Shown: positions 10,774 through 21,524 of the stretch, piece after piece
Layout of the letters: each line of letters opens with the position of its first letter
Numbering within the stretch: position 1 is the stretch's first letter
DNA from: Gemmatimonadota bacterium
GTDB taxonomy: Bacteria; Gemmatimonadota; Gemmatimonadetes; Gemmatimonadales; Gemmatimonadaceae
DNA length: 39,949 nt
NCBI GenBank assembly: GCA_031372565.1
Contig: JANMLN010000189.1
Coordinates: 1 to 39,949, forward strand
Direction: 5' to 3'
The notes under the pieces: model-generated
Database searches by the model: none
What the model was told of the DNA's origin: nothing
What the model saw: the letters and a program-made list of their open reading frames with translations, nothing else
Program-made: the position numbers and the translations under genes

Positions 10774-12108
10774 ATGACGCTCGGACCGCTTCCCGGATTT
10801 CGCGATTTCTATCCCGCCGAATTGGCGGAGCGCGCGCACATCATGCGTGCGTGGCGCGACGTGGCGCGGCGTTTCGCATTTGTCGAATACGACGGTCCGC
10901 CGCTCGAGTCGCTGGAGCTGTATACGCGAAAGAGCGGTGAGGAGATCGTGGGGCAGTTGTTCAACTTCACGGACAAGGGCGGACGCGAGGTGGCGCTGCG
11001 CCCGGAGATGACGCCGACGGTTGCTCGCATGGTCGGTGCGCGGGCGAACGCGCTGCGCAAGCCCGTCCGGTGGTTCTCGATGCCGCAGCTGTTCCGCTAC
11101 GAGCGACCAGGGAAGGGACGTCTGCGTGAGCACTTCCAGCTGAACGTCGACATCTTCGGTGAAGCGGACGTCACGGCCGACGCCGAGCTGGTGGCAGCGG
11201 CGATCGAGATCATGCGGACGCTTGGTCTGTCGCATGCCGATGTACAGGTGCGAGCCTCGGACCGGCGAATCCTCATGGGATGGCTCGCCGCACTCGGTGT
11301 TCCGGAGTCTGCCTTCGCCGCCGCGTACGCCGTGATCGACAAACTCGGTCGCGAGCCGCGTGACGTGGCCGAAGAGAAGCTGCGCACGGGTGGCGTACCT
11401 CTGGCAGCGGTGCCCACCATCCTCGACGCCGCCGCGCTCACGCTCGCCGATGTCGCGGCCCGCGTGGCCGACACGGAGGCTGCCGCGCATGTGGAGGCGT
11501 TCGGTCGGTTCGCCGATGGCGTGGCGGCCCTCACGGGGGATGGCGCGCAGTGGCTGCGCTTCGACCTCTCGATCGTGCGTGGGCTCGCGTATTACACCGG
11601 CATCGTGTTCGAGGTGTTCGATGCGCAGGGCGAGCACCGCGCCGTCTGTGGCGGCGGACGTTACGACCAGCTGCTCAAGGGACTCGGCGGCCCGGACATG
11701 CCCGCCCTGGGCTTCGGCATGGGGGATGTGGTGCTTGGTGAGCTGCTGCGCGACAAGGGGCTTTTGCCCACCGACGCGCCAGGTCCGGACTTCTGGGTCA
11801 CGGGCAACACCGTCGGTGGCATGACGCAGGCCATGCGCGCGGCACACGAGCTGCGGTCTGCCGGCTTCGCCGTGGAGTACGCACTTCGCGCCCAGAAGGC
11901 CGACAAGCAGTTCAAGGCCGCGCAGTCGGCGGGGGCCCGGTACGTCATCCAGTTGCACGACGACTTTGCCGAGACACGCGCCGTTTCGCTTCGTGAAGCC
12001 AAGCGCGTCGACGGACAGACCTCGCTTGTGTCACTCCTGCCGAGCACGGAGCTGTCGCTCGACCAGCTCCTCGCCGCCGCCACCGCGCATCGCACCAACG
12101 CGTTCTAG
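10774..12108 (+). CDS. hisS: Histidine--tRNA ligase
   Basis: [37 protein letters not shown] and GGGRYD motifs. Confidence 0.97.
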   Translation: MTLGPLPGFRDFYPAELAERAHIMRAWRDVARRFAFVEYDGPPLESLELYTRKSGEEIVGQLFNFTDKGGREVALRPEMTPTVARMVGARANALRKPVRWFSMPQLFRYERPGKGRLREHFQLNVDIFGEADVTADAELVAAAIEIMRTLGLSHADVQVRASDRRILMGWLAALGVPESAFAAAYAVIDKLGREPRDVAEEKLRTGGVPLAAVPTILDAAALTLADVAARVADTEAAAHVEAFGRFADGVAALTGDGAQWLRFDLSIVRGLAYYTGIVFEVFDAQGEHRAVCGGGRYDQLLKGLGGPDMPALGFGMGDVVLGELLRDKGLLPTDAPGPDFWVTGNTVGGMTQAMRAAHELRSAGFAVEYALRAQKADKQFKAAQSAGARYVIQLHDDFAETRAVSLREAKRVDGQTSLVSLLPSTELSLDQLLAAATAHRTNAF

Positions 12109-12155
12109 CTCCACCGTCGCCCATGTCGGGCGGCGGCCGTTCACTGGATCTCCCG

Positions 12156-13625
12156 ATGGCTGACGACAAGAAGCTGACCACCCGCGCTGCCGATTTCAGC
12201 GCCTGGTACAACGAACTGGTGCTCCGCGCCGAGCTGGCGGATTACGCGCCGGTGCGCGGATGCATGGTCATCCGGCCCAATGGCTACGGCATCTGGGAGC
12301 GGATGCAGCGCCAGCTCGACGACATGTTCAAGGCGACTGGTCACCAGAACGCCTACTTCCCGCTGCTCATTCCGCAGAGCTACCTGAGCAAGGAAGCCGA
12401 GCACGTCGAGGGGTTCGCTCCCGAGACGGCGGTGGTGACACACGGCGGTGGCAAGCTGCTCGAGGAGCCGCTCGTGCTCCGGCCCACGTCCGAGACGATC
12501 ATCTACTCGATGTTCGCCAAGTGGGTGCAGTCGTATCGCGACCTGCCCATCCTCATGAACCAGTGGGCCAACGTGATCCGGTGGGAGATGCGCACGCGCC
12601 TCTTCCTCCGCACGCTCGAGTTCCTGTGGCAGGAGGGGCACACGGCGCACGCAACACATGACGAGGCAGAGACCGAGACACGCAAGATGCTCGGCGTCTA
12701 CCGCACCTTCATGGAGCAGTACATGGCCATGCCCGTCATCACCGGGCAGAAGACGGACAGCGAGAAGTTTGCCGGCGCGCTCCGGACCTACTCCTGCGAA
12801 GCGATGATGCAGGACAACAAGGCGCTGCAGGCCGGCACATCGCACAACCTCGGCCAGAACTTCGCCAAGGCATTCGATCTCAAGTTCCAGAGCGAGAAGG
12901 GAACGGAGGAATTCGCATGGAACACGAGTTGGGGCGTGTCCACGCGCATGGTGGGCGGTCTCATCATGACGCATTCCGACGACAAGGGACTCGTCTGCCC
13001 GCCGCGCCTCGCCCCCGTCGAGGTGGTGATCGTCCCGATCTTCCGCACCGACGAGGACAAGGCCCGCGTGCTCGCCGCAGCGGAGCAGATCAAGGACAAC
13101 CTTGGCTCCTTCGCCCGCCCCGAGCACCAGCGCCGCCGCGTGCACATTGATGCGCGCGATGGCATGAAGCCCGGTGCCAAGTACTACGAATGGGAGCTGC
13201 GCGGCGTGCCGCTCCGCATGGAGCTCGGGCCCCGCGATCTCGATCAGGGCCAGTGCGTCATCGTCCGCCGCGACACGGGCACCAAGCAGCCGATGCCGCT
13301 GGCCGAACTCGAAACCGCGCTGCCGCTCATGCTCGAGCAGATGCAGGCCGACCTGCTGGCCGGGGCGCTCGCCCGGCGTGAGGCCAACTCGATCCGCGAG
13401 CGCATCAGCTATGACCGGTTCAAGGAGATCATGGCCGGCAGCGGCGGCTTCGTGTATGCCGGCTGGTGCGGCGATCCCGCGGTCGAGGCGCAGGTGAAGG
13501 AGGAGACCAAGGCGACGATCCGCTGCATTCCCGATCCCGAGTTCCGCTCGAGCGAGGCGCCGGCGACCTGCATGGTCACCGGCCGTCCCGCCACGTGCGA
13601 GGTGCTGTGGGCGAAGGCGTACTGA
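12156..13625 (+). CDS. proS: Proline--tRNA ligase, archaeal/eukaryote-like type (no INS editing domain)
   Basis: [52 protein letters not shown] and SWGVSTR motifs; C-terminal KAY. Alternative ATG at 12123. Confidence 0.96.
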   Translation: MADDKKLTTRAADFSAWYNELVLRAELADYAPVRGCMVIRPNGYGIWERMQRQLDDMFKATGHQNAYFPLLIPQSYLSKEAEHVEGFAPETAVVTHGGGKLLEEPLVLRPTSETIIYSMFAKWVQSYRDLPILMNQWANVIRWEMRTRLFLRTLEFLWQEGHTAHATHDEAETETRKMLGVYRTFMEQYMAMPVITGQKTDSEKFAGALRTYSCEAMMQDNKALQAGTSHNLGQNFAKAFDLKFQSEKGTEEFAWNTSWGVSTRMVGGLIMTHSDDKGLVCPPRLAPVEVVIVPIFRTDEDKARVLAAAEQIKDNLGSFARPEHQRRRVHIDARDGMKPGAKYYEWELRGVPLRMELGPRDLDQGQCVIVRRDTGTKQPMPLAELETALPLMLEQMQADLLAGALARREANSIRERISYDRFKEIMAGSGGFVYAGWCGDPAVEAQVKEETKATIRCIPDPEFRSSEAPATCMVTGRPATCEVLWAKAY

Positions 13626-14902
13626 CGTCCGCGTTCCCGCGCATTGCGGGCGCGTTGCAGTGCGAAGGTGTGCCGCTCGCGAACATTGCCGAAGCGGTCG
13701 GCACGCCCACGTACGTGTACAGTGCGGCGAGCCTGCGTCGGCAGTTCGCCAGGCTGAAGGCGGCGCTGTCCGGCGTGCCGCACCGGATTCACTTCGCGAT
13801 GAAGGCGAACGGATCGCTGGGCGTCCTGCGCACGTTGCACGCCGCAGGGGCGCACGTCGACTGTGTGTCGTCGGGTGAGCTGTATCGCGCGCTGCAAGCG
13901 GGCTTTGCACCCGGCGAGATCATCGTGGGCGGCGTGGGCAAGCGTGCCGACGAGATCGAGGCGGCGCTCGACGCCGGCGTCGCCTGCCTCACGGCCGAGT
14001 CTGAGGCAGAGCTCGAGCTGATTGCGGCATGCGCACGACGTCGCGGCGTCATCGCACCGGTGGCCATCCGGGTGAATCCCGAGGTCGAGGTGCATGCGTT
14101 TCACGAGTACGTGAAGACGGGGCAGGCGGGCGACAAGTTCGGCATTCCGCTGCATCGCGCGTTCGCCGCGGCGGCGTACGCGGCCTCGTTTGCCGAGCTG
14201 CGCCTCGTGGCGTTGCAACAGCACATCGGATCGTTGCTCACGGAGCTCGGACCCTACGGCGTGGCAGCCGACAAGCTCGTGGCGCTGCTGATGCAACTGC
14301 GCGCCGAGGCGCCTGACGCGGCGCGCCACATCACGACGCTCGACCTGGGCGGTGGCTTCGGCGTGACCTACGGTGATGAGCCGCCCGTGGACTTGCAGGG
14401 CCTCACCGACGTCGCGGCGCGCGTCCACGCGGTGACGGGATGCACGATCGCGATCGAGCCGGGCCGCTTTCTGGTGGCCGAGGCGGGAGTGCTGCTGACC
14501 CGGGTACTGTACCGCAAGGATGCCGCGGGCCGTGAGTTCGTGATCGCCGACGCCGGCATGAACGATCTCGTGCGGCCGGCGCTGTACAATGCGCACCACC
14601 GGATCGAACCCGTGATCGACGTCCCCGGTGAACGGCGTGCCGATCTCGTCGGGCCGGTGTGCGAGACGGGTGACTTCCTCGCCCGGAATCGCGTGTTCGC
14701 CGACGTCGCACCGGGCGCCCTCCTCGCGGTGCACACGGCCGGCGCGTATGGTTTCGTCATGTCATCCAACTACAACGCCCGCCCACGCGCCGCCGAAGTC
14801 CTGGTGGATGGTGCGCGCTGGGGGGTAATCCGCGTCCGTGAACGCCACGAGGACCTCGTGCGTGGCGAGCGGGCCGACCCTGACTGGAGTATTGTCGCAT
14901 GA
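13607..14902 (+). CDS. lysA: Diaminopimelate decarboxylase
   Basis: GTPTYVY, FAMKAN (PLP Lys), [25 protein letters not shown] and GAYG..MSSNYN motifs. Start uncertain (GTG 13607). Confidence 0.95.
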   Translation: MGEGVLTSAFPRIAGALQCEGVPLANIAEAVGTPTYVYSAASLRRQFARLKAALSGVPHRIHFAMKANGSLGVLRTLHAAGAHVDCVSSGELYRALQAGFAPGEIIVGGVGKRADEIEAALDAGVACLTAESEAELELIAACARRRGVIAPVAIRVNPEVEVHAFHEYVKTGQAGDKFGIPLHRAFAAAAYAASFAELRLVALQQHIGSLLTELGPYGVAADKLVALLMQLRAEAPDAARHITTLDLGGGFGVTYGDEPPVDLQGLTDVAARVHAVTGCTIAIEPGRFLVAEAGVLLTRVLYRKDAAGREFVIADAGMNDLVRPALYNAHHRIEPVIDVPGERRADLVGPVCETGDFLARNRVFADVAPGALLAVHTAGAYGFVMSSNYNARPRAAEVLVDGARWGVIRVRERHEDLVRGERADPDWSIVA

Positions 14903-15408
14903 AGGTTGCCCTGATCGCCGACACGCATGATCGCCTCGATGCGGTGGCTGAACTCCTCAAGCGCGCGCAGGACGCGGGCGCCAGCATGGTGTTGCACGCG
15001 GGCGACTACTGCGCCCCGTTCGCTCTCAAGCCATTCATCGAGGCCGGGATGCCGTTGCTCGGCGTGTTCGGACGCAACGACGGCGATCACGAGGGCATCC
15101 GGGCCAAGGCCCAGCAAGGGATGGGCTTCGAGCTCTGGGAGTCCCCGCATTCGTGCGATGTGGGCGGGCACCGCATTCTCCTCGTACACGAACTCGACGA
15201 CGCCACCGAGACCTCCATGTCCGGCCACCAGATTGTCGTGCATGGCAATCGCCACAAGCCCGAGATGAAGGAACGCGACGGGACCCTGGTCATCTGCCCG
15301 GGCGAGGGATGCGGGTGGCTCTACGGATCACCCACGGCCGCGATCCTCGACCTCGACAGCAGGAAGGTCGAGTTCATCCAGCTGCCCGCCGCGGAGTGGG
15401 TGCGATGA
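14899..15408 (+). CDS. YfcE/MJ0936-family metallophosphoesterase with altered motifs
   Basis: ADTHD, HAGD, GRND, LVHE, HGNRH and CPGE occur in the calcineurin-like motif order. Confidence 0.85.
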   Translation: MKVALIADTHDRLDAVAELLKRAQDAGASMVLHAGDYCAPFALKPFIEAGMPLLGVFGRNDGDHEGIRAKAQQGMGFELWESPHSCDVGGHRILLVHELDDATETSMSGHQIVVHGNRHKPEMKERDGTLVICPGEGCGWLYGSPTAAILDLDSRKVEFIQLPAAEWVR

Positions 15409-16946
15409 CCTCGCGGATTCTGATCCTCGACTGCGGCTCGCAGTTCACGCAGCTGATTGCGCGCCGGGTGCGTGAGGCGCGGGTCTACTCGGAGATTCAT
15501 CCGCCCGACCGCTCGCTCGACTGGATTCGCGCATGGAAGCCGACGGGGATCATTCTCTCAGGCGGTCCGAACTCGGTGACCGACGAGGACGCGCCGACCT
15601 TCGACCCCGCGATCGTCGACATTGCGCCCATCCTGGGCGTCTGCTATGGCATGCAGTGGATGGCACACGCGTTCGGCGGTGCGGTGCATGCCAGTGCAAG
15701 CCGCGAGTACGGGCGCGCCGAGGTGGAGGTGATCGAGCCGGCCGGCCTGTTTGCGGGCTTCGAGGCGGGCGAACGCACGCAGGTGTGGATGAGCCACGGC
15801 GATCACGTCGCCGTCGCACCGCCGGGCTTCGACGTCACGGCGCGTTCGAGCGGCGTCATCGCCGGCTTTCGGCATGCGTCCCGTCCGATCCACGCGATCC
15901 AGTTTCATGCCGAGGTCGCGCACACGGTGCGTGGCGCCGAGATCATCCAGAACTTCCTGTTCGGCGTGTGCGGCGCGCATCCCGACTGGACGCCGGGTGG
16001 TTTCATCGAAACGGAGATCGCGAAGATCCGTGCCCTGGTGGGCGCGCAGCACGTGATCTGCGGCCTCTCTGGCGGCGTCGATTCAAGCGTGGCGGCGGCG
16101 CTCGTGCATCGCGCCATCGGCGATCAGCTGACCTGCATCTTCGTGGACAACGGGCTGCTGCGCTTGCATGAGCGCGAGCAGGTGGAGCGCACGTTCAAGA
16201 CGCACATGGGGGTGCACCTCGTGACGGTGCGCGCCGAGGACCGCTTCCTCGACGCACTGGCCGGGATAAGCGAGCCCGAGGAAAAGCGCCGCCGCATCGG
16301 CCACACCTTCATCGACGTCTTCGAGGATGCGGCGGCCGAGGCAGGGAAGGGCGCCGCGTTCCTCGTGCAGGGCACCCTGTATCCAGACGTGATCGAGTCG
16401 GTGAGCGCCAAGGGGGGACCGAGCGCGACGATCAAGACGCATCACAATGTGGGCGGGCTCAAGCCCGACATGAAGTTCACGCTGATCGAGCCGCTGCGCG
16501 AGCTGTTCAAGGACGAAGTGCGCAACGTGGGTCGCGAACTGGGGCTGCCCGAGGAGATGGTCGGGCGGCACCCGTTCCCCGGTCCCGGGCTCGCGATTCG
16601 CGTGCTGGGCGCGCTCGACCGGCCCACGCTCGACACCCTGCGCCACGCCGACGCGATCTACCTCGAGGAGATTCGCGCCGCCGGCTTGTACAAGGAGATC
16701 TGGCAGGCGTTCGCCGTCTTCCTGCCGGTGCGGAGTGTCGGCGTCATGGGGGATGGCCGCACGTACGACCACGTGATCGCGTTGCGTGCGGTGACCAGCA
16801 CCGATGGCATGACGGCCGACTGGTACCAGTTCCCGCACGAGGTGCTGGCGCGCATCTCCAACCGGATCATCAACGAAGTGAAGGGGATCAACCGGGTGGT
16901 GTACGACGTGAGCTCGAAGCCGCCGGCGACGATCGAGTGGGAATGA
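15405..16946 (+). CDS. guaA: GMP synthase (glutamine-hydrolysing)
   Basis: [49 protein letters not shown] and KPPATIEWE motifs; ATG 15405 overlaps the upstream stop. Confidence 0.98.
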   Translation: MTSRILILDCGSQFTQLIARRVREARVYSEIHPPDRSLDWIRAWKPTGIILSGGPNSVTDEDAPTFDPAIVDIAPILGVCYGMQWMAHAFGGAVHASASREYGRAEVEVIEPAGLFAGFEAGERTQVWMSHGDHVAVAPPGFDVTARSSGVIAGFRHASRPIHAIQFHAEVAHTVRGAEIIQNFLFGVCGAHPDWTPGGFIETEIAKIRALVGAQHVICGLSGGVDSSVAAALVHRAIGDQLTCIFVDNGLLRLHEREQVERTFKTHMGVHLVTVRAEDRFLDALAGISEPEEKRRRIGHTFIDVFEDAAAEAGKGAAFLVQGTLYPDVIESVSAKGGPSATIKTHHNVGGLKPDMKFTLIEPLRELFKDEVRNVGRELGLPEEMVGRHPFPGPGLAIRVLGALDRPTLDTLRHADAIYLEEIRAAGLYKEIWQAFAVFLPVRSVGVMGDGRTYDHVIALRAVTSTDGMTADWYQFPHEVLARISNRIINEVKGINRVVYDVSSKPPATIEWE

Positions 16947-16997
16947 CGTCGTCCTGAGCGAAGCGAAGGACCTGCTTTTTCTGTTTCTGCTCAGGAC
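16947..16997. repeat. REP-like element, copy 1 (one full arm plus a remnant of the second)
   Basis: CGTCGTCCTGAGCGAAGCGAAGGACCTGCTT (16947-16977) matches 29/31 of the left arms at 21359 and 24447; GCTCAGGAC remnant at 16989-16997. Confidence 0.85.
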
Positions 16998-17046
16998 CTC
17001 GACCTCACACGTTCTCAGGCTCGCCGGGAACGACTAGGTTCCGACG

Positions 17047-18426
17047 ATGTCGACCCCCTGGGCGCAGCTCCGTCCAACGCGCGCCGAACTGACCGAGATG
17101 ACCCGTCTCGCCACCCCCCTCGTGCTCGTGAACGTGGGGCTCATGCTCATGGGTGTGGTCGATACCCTGATGCTCGGCCGCGTGAGCGGCGCCGCGCTCG
17201 CTGCGGGCGCGCTCGGGAACTTCGCCTTCTGGTTCGTGGGCACGATCGGTTTCGGTGTCTTGATGGCGGTCGACCCCGTGATATCGCAGGGACTAGGGGC
17301 CAACGACCATCCCGCCGTCGCACGCGGCATGCAGCGCGGACTGATCCTCGCGGGACTCGTGACCGTGCTCATGTCCCTCGCGCTTGGCGCCACGCCGTGG
17401 CTGATCGATCTCCTCGATCAGCCGGCAGACGTCGCGCCGCTCGCCACGTCGTACGCCCTCTGGAGCATTCCGGGACTCTTCCCGTTCTTCGCGTTCGCCT
17501 TGGCGCGCTCCTGCTGGCAGGCCATGCACGACACCACGCCGATTCTCGTCGGAATGGTGGTCGGCAACCTGGCCAACGTTGCCCTCAACTGGGCGCTCAT
17601 CTTCGGGCATCTGGGCTTTGACGCGCGCGGGGTCGTCGGCTCGGCACAGTCGACGGCGATCGCGCGCTGGATCATGCTCGCGGCCGCGCTGGCGGTTGGA
17701 TGGCACTCGGTACGACCGACACTCCGTCCCTGGCGCGCGGAGTCGTGGGAACTCGCCCCACTCGGCCGCATGGCGGCCCTGGGCTTTCCGATCGGACTTG
17801 GGTTCTTCTTCGAGTTCAACGCATTCGGGCTCGTCACGGTCATGGCCGGGTGGCTGGGCACGTCCATCATGGGCGGGCACGAGGTCGCGCTGAATCTGGC
17901 GTCGCTCACCTTCCAGGTTCCGGTCGGCGTCGCCGCGGCGACGAGCGTGATGGTCGGGCGCGCCATCGGGCGCGGTGACATGGCGGCGGCCAGACGCGAC
18001 GCGGTGGCCGGGCTCGTCATCGGCGTCGGCTTCATGGTCGGGTCCGCCCTGATCTTCCTCCTTCTCCCTGGCGTGTTGGCACGCGCCTACACGACGGACC
18101 AGGCGGTGGTGGCCGTCGCCACGTCCATCATTCCGTTGGCGGGCATCTTCCAGGTCTTCGACGGCACGCAGGTCGTGTGCAGTTCCGTCCTGCGTGGCGC
18201 CGGCGACACCCGCGTCCCCATGTTGCTCCATCTGGCGGGTTTCTGGCTGGTCAGCATCCCCATCAGCTACCTGCTTGGCGTCCGGTTGGGGTGGGGCGCT
18301 CAGGGCCTCTGGTGGGGGTTCGTGGCCGGGCTCGGCGTGGTCGCCGTGCTGGATCTCGCTCGGGTGCGCCAGCGGCTTGGCGGCGAGATCCGGCGCCTCA
18401 GCATGGACCATCCCGAACCGGCCTGA
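17047..18426 (+). CDS. MATE family efflux transporter (NorM-like)
   Basis: About 12 TMs; VDTLMLGR, NVALNWALIFG, FQVFDGTQVVCSSVLRGAGDTR and GLWWG motifs. Confidence 0.93.
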   Translation: MSTPWAQLRPTRAELTEMTRLATPLVLVNVGLMLMGVVDTLMLGRVSGAALAAGALGNFAFWFVGTIGFGVLMAVDPVISQGLGANDHPAVARGMQRGLILAGLVTVLMSLALGATPWLIDLLDQPADVAPLATSYALWSIPGLFPFFAFALARSCWQAMHDTTPILVGMVVGNLANVALNWALIFGHLGFDARGVVGSAQSTAIARWIMLAAALAVGWHSVRPTLRPWRAESWELAPLGRMAALGFPIGLGFFFEFNAFGLVTVMAGWLGTSIMGGHEVALNLASLTFQVPVGVAAATSVMVGRAIGRGDMAAARRDAVAGLVIGVGFMVGSALIFLLLPGVLARAYTTDQAVVAVATSIIPLAGIFQVFDGTQVVCSSVLRGAGDTRVPMLLHLAGFWLVSIPISYLLGVRLGWGAQGLWWGFVAGLGVVAVLDLARVRQRLGGEIRRLSMDHPEPA

Positions 18427-18550
18427 TGGAGGGCTGGGACGTGAGCAGGCGGCGAAACCCGCGCAACGGTCCGGCAGTAGAAGATGTCACATGAATCGTC
18501 CCCCGGATCACGCCGGGGGCGCAGCGACCTCCACCCCTCCACCACAACCC

Positions 18551-21358
18551 ATGACTGCCCGACGCTTCCTCGCCGCCGCGATATGCGCGGCTCTGCCCGT
18601 GATGCACACCGCCGCCGCGCAGCCGGCGGCCCGCAAATCGACCCCCTCGGCTGAAGCGCCCACGCTCCGGAAGGTCACGACGGTGGAGGGGATCACCGAG
18701 TACGCGCTCCCCAACGGGCTCCGCGTGCTCCTCGTCCCCGATGCCACCAAGCCGACGTTCACCCTCAACCTGACGATTCTCGTCGGTTCACGACATGAGG
18801 GGTATGGCGAAACCGGCATGGCCCACCTGCTGGAACATCTGCTGTTCAAGGGTTCGCCGCGCCACAAGAACCCGACCAAGGAGATGAACGACCGCGGGGC
18901 CCGGTGGAACGGCACGACGTGGGTGGATCGCACCAACTACTACGAAGTGGTACCGACGTCCGACGCGAATCTCGAATGGGCGCTCGACTTCGAGGCCGAT
19001 CGGTTCGTCAATGCGTTCATCAGCGGCGAGGACCTCAAGACCGAGTTCTCGGTCGTCCGCAACGAGTTCGAGTCGGGCGAGAATTCGCCGTTCCGCGTGA
19101 CGTTGCAGCGCACGGTCGCGAGCGCCTTCGAGTGGCACAACTACGGCAAGTCCACGATCGGCAACAAGGCCGACATCGAAGGGGTGCCCATCGAGCGGTT
19201 GCAGGCGTTCTATCGCAAGTGGTACCAGCCCGACAACGCGCTGCTCGTGCTCGCGGGTCGGTACGATGAGGCCAAGGCGATGAAGCTCATCGCGGAGAAG
19301 TTCGGTCGCATCCCGCGTCCCGTGCGGTCGCTGGACAAGGGGAATCTCCTGTTCGCCACCTACACCGAGGAGCCGGTGCAGGACGGTGAGCGCATCGTGA
19401 ACCTGCGCCGCACCGGTGACGTCAAGCTCGTGATGTACGCGTATCACGTGCCGTCGGGGACGCACCCGGATTTCGCGGCCGTCGATGTGCTCGGCACGAT
19501 CCTCGGTACCGACGTGACGGGACGCCTCTACAAGGCCATTGTCGATCCGAAGATCGGCGCCAGCACGGGCGCATTCGCGTGGCAGTGGAAGGAACCCGGC
19601 GTCCTCATCGCCTTTGGACAGACACGCAAGGAGCAGTCGATCGACAGCGTGCGCCTCGCGATGGAGTCGGTGCTCGAGGACTTCGTGAAACAGCCGGTCG
19701 ATGCGGTCGAACTCGACCGCGCCAAGACCGAGATGCTCAAGAACATCGACCTGACGCTCAACAAGTCCGAAGAGGTGGGCCTGGGTCTCTCGGAATGGGC
19801 GTCGATCGGCGACTGGCGTTTCCAGTTCATTCATCGGGACCGGATCAAGAAGGTCACCGCGGCCGACGTGCAGCGGGTCGCCCGTCAGTACCTGCTCTCG
19901 AACAATCGCACGCTCGGCATGTTTCACCCGACCACGGCACCGGTCCGCGCCGACGTGCCCAAGACGCCGGACTTTGGCGCACTCGTGGCGAGCTACGTGG
20001 GGACCGAGACCCGCAGCGTCGGCGAGGCGTTCGATGTGACCCCCGCCAAGATCGACGCCCGCATTCGCCGGAGTGTGCTGCCCAACGGCATGAAGGTCGG
20101 GCTGCTGCCCAAGCAGACCCGCGGTGGCGCCGTGAGCCTTGCGGTCGATCTCCGTTTCGGCACGGAAGCCGCGCTGAGCAACAAGGGCGCGATCCCGGAC
20201 CTCGCGCTCTCCATGCTCGACCGGGGTACGACGCAGCGGACCCGCGCGGCCATGAAGGACACGCTCGACAAGCTCAAGGCGCGCTGGAACGTGTTCAGCC
20301 TCGGCGCGGGGAATGCGCGCGCGAGCCTCGAGACGACGAAGGAGAACCTGATCCCGGCGCTGCGACTGCTGGCCGAAGCGCTCAAGCAGCCGGCGTTCGC
20401 GCCCGATGAGTTCGAGAAGCTCCGCCTCGAGAACATCTCCGGCTATGAGCAGCAGCTCACCGAGCCCAACGCGCTCGGGTCGATCGAAGCGCAGCGCCTC
20501 GTGAGCCCATACGCCAAGGGACATCCGCTGTATCAGTCATCCTTGCCGGAGTTGCTGGCAGATTTCAAGGCGGCGACGCTCGAGCAGACGAAGGCGTTCC
20601 ACGCCGCGTTCTACGGCGCGAACAACGGCGCGGTGGCCGTGACGGGAGAGTTTGATCCCGAGACGGTGCTGCCGGCGCTGCGGGAGGTCTTCGGCAGCTG
20701 GACGGCCAAGGCGCCCTTTGTGCGCGTGAAGCGGCAGTTGGCCCGCATCGACTCGATGAGTCGCAAGATCGAGACGCCCGACAAGAAGAATGCGCTGTTC
20801 GTCGCCATGCAGCCGCTCGACCTCTCGTGGAAGGAGGCGGATTGGGCCGCCTTCCGCGTGGCCTCGTACATCTTCGGCGAGGCACCGCTCTCGGACCGGA
20901 TCGGCACGCGCCTCCGGCAGAAGGAGGGGATCTCGTACGGCGCGGGCGCGTTCTCCGACACGGATCAGGAAGACCGCAGCGGGTTCCTGATGATCCAGGC
21001 GATCTACAATCCCGCCAACAACGACCGGCTAGTGAAGGCGGCGCGCGAAGAGCTGGAGCGCTCGCTCAAGGATGGCTTCACGGCCGACGAGGTGGAGAAG
21101 GCCAAGACCGCGTGGCTGCAGACGCGATTCCAGAGCCGCGCCGAAGACCGGAGCCTCGTGGGGATGATGGTGCTCCGCTGGCAGTCGGGGCTGACGTTCG
21201 ACGGCTTTGATGGCGACGTTGAACGGCGGGTGGCCAAGCTCACGGTGGCCGACGTGAATGCTGCGTGGCGGAAGTACGTGAACGCGCAGAAGGTGGCGTG
21301 GGTGACGGCTGGTGACTTCGCGGGTGCCAAGCCGGAGGACTCGAAGCCCAAGCCCTGA
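18551..21358 (+). CDS. Secreted M16 (insulinase/PqqL-like) zinc protease, two fused halves
   Basis: Signal peptide; LPNGLRV, GSRHE, inverted zinc motif HLLEH, NGTT..DRTNY, VVRNE; second half (LPNGMKV...RLRQKEGISYG) lacks HxxEH. Alternative ATG at 18491. Confidence 0.92.
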   Translation: MTARRFLAAAICAALPVMHTAAAQPAARKSTPSAEAPTLRKVTTVEGITEYALPNGLRVLLVPDATKPTFTLNLTILVGSRHEGYGETGMAHLLEHLLFKGSPRHKNPTKEMNDRGARWNGTTWVDRTNYYEVVPTSDANLEWALDFEADRFVNAFISGEDLKTEFSVVRNEFESGENSPFRVTLQRTVASAFEWHNYGKSTIGNKADIEGVPIERLQAFYRKWYQPDNALLVLAGRYDEAKAMKLIAEKFGRIPRPVRSLDKGNLLFATYTEEPVQDGERIVNLRRTGDVKLVMYAYHVPSGTHPDFAAVDVLGTILGTDVTGRLYKAIVDPKIGASTGAFAWQWKEPGVLIAFGQTRKEQSIDSVRLAMESVLEDFVKQPVDAVELDRAKTEMLKNIDLTLNKSEEVGLGLSEWASIGDWRFQFIHRDRIKKVTAADVQRVARQYLLSNNRTLGMFHPTTAPVRADVPKTPDFGALVASYVGTETRSVGEAFDVTPAKIDARIRRSVLPNGMKVGLLPKQTRGGAVSLAVDLRFGTEAALSNKGAIPDLALSMLDRGTTQRTRAAMKDTLDKLKARWNVFSLGAGNARASLETTKENLIPALRLLAEALKQPAFAPDEFEKLRLENISGYEQQLTEPNALGSIEAQRLVSPYAKGHPLYQSSLPELLADFKAATLEQTKAFHAAFYGANNGAVAVTGEFDPETVLPALREVFGSWTAKAPFVRVKRQLARIDSMSRKIETPDKKNALFVAMQPLDLSWKEADWAAFRVASYIFGEAPLSDRIGTRLRQKEGISYGAGAFSDTDQEDRSGFLMIQAIYNPANNDRLVKAAREELERSLKDGFTADEVEKAKTAWLQTRFQSRAEDRSLVGMMVLRWQSGLTFDGFDGDVERRVAKLTVADVNAAWRKYVNAQKVAWVTAGDFAGAKPEDSKPKP

Positions 21359-21437
21359 TGTCGTCCTGAGCGCAGCGAAGGACCTGCTTCTGTTGTAACC
21401 GGCAATAAGCAGATCCTTCGCTGCGCTCAGGATGACA
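21359..21437. repeat. REP-like inverted doublet, copy 2
   Basis: 31-bp arms at 21359-21389 and 21407-21437 are inverted repeats (29/31) around a 17-nt spacer. Confidence 0.92.
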
Positions 21438-21524
21438 GCACGGCAACGGGGCGGGGCGCTTGCGCGTATCCGGACCACGGGCGACTCTCCCCGCGCCCTA
21501 TCCCCCCCCGACGGTCCGGAGCCC

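Noticed and set aside
18528..18543. CCTCCACC twice, matching the tmRNA 3' end (possible att site)
   Set aside because: Only 8 bp, in a C-rich leader 11 kb upstream of ssrA, with housekeeping genes in between.
21460..21488. TTGCGC-17-GACTCT before the M14 gene and TTGCGA-17-GATTCT (2346-2374) before the tRNA
   Set aside because: Spacing is plausible, but both -10 boxes lack the first T; too weak to call without TSS data.
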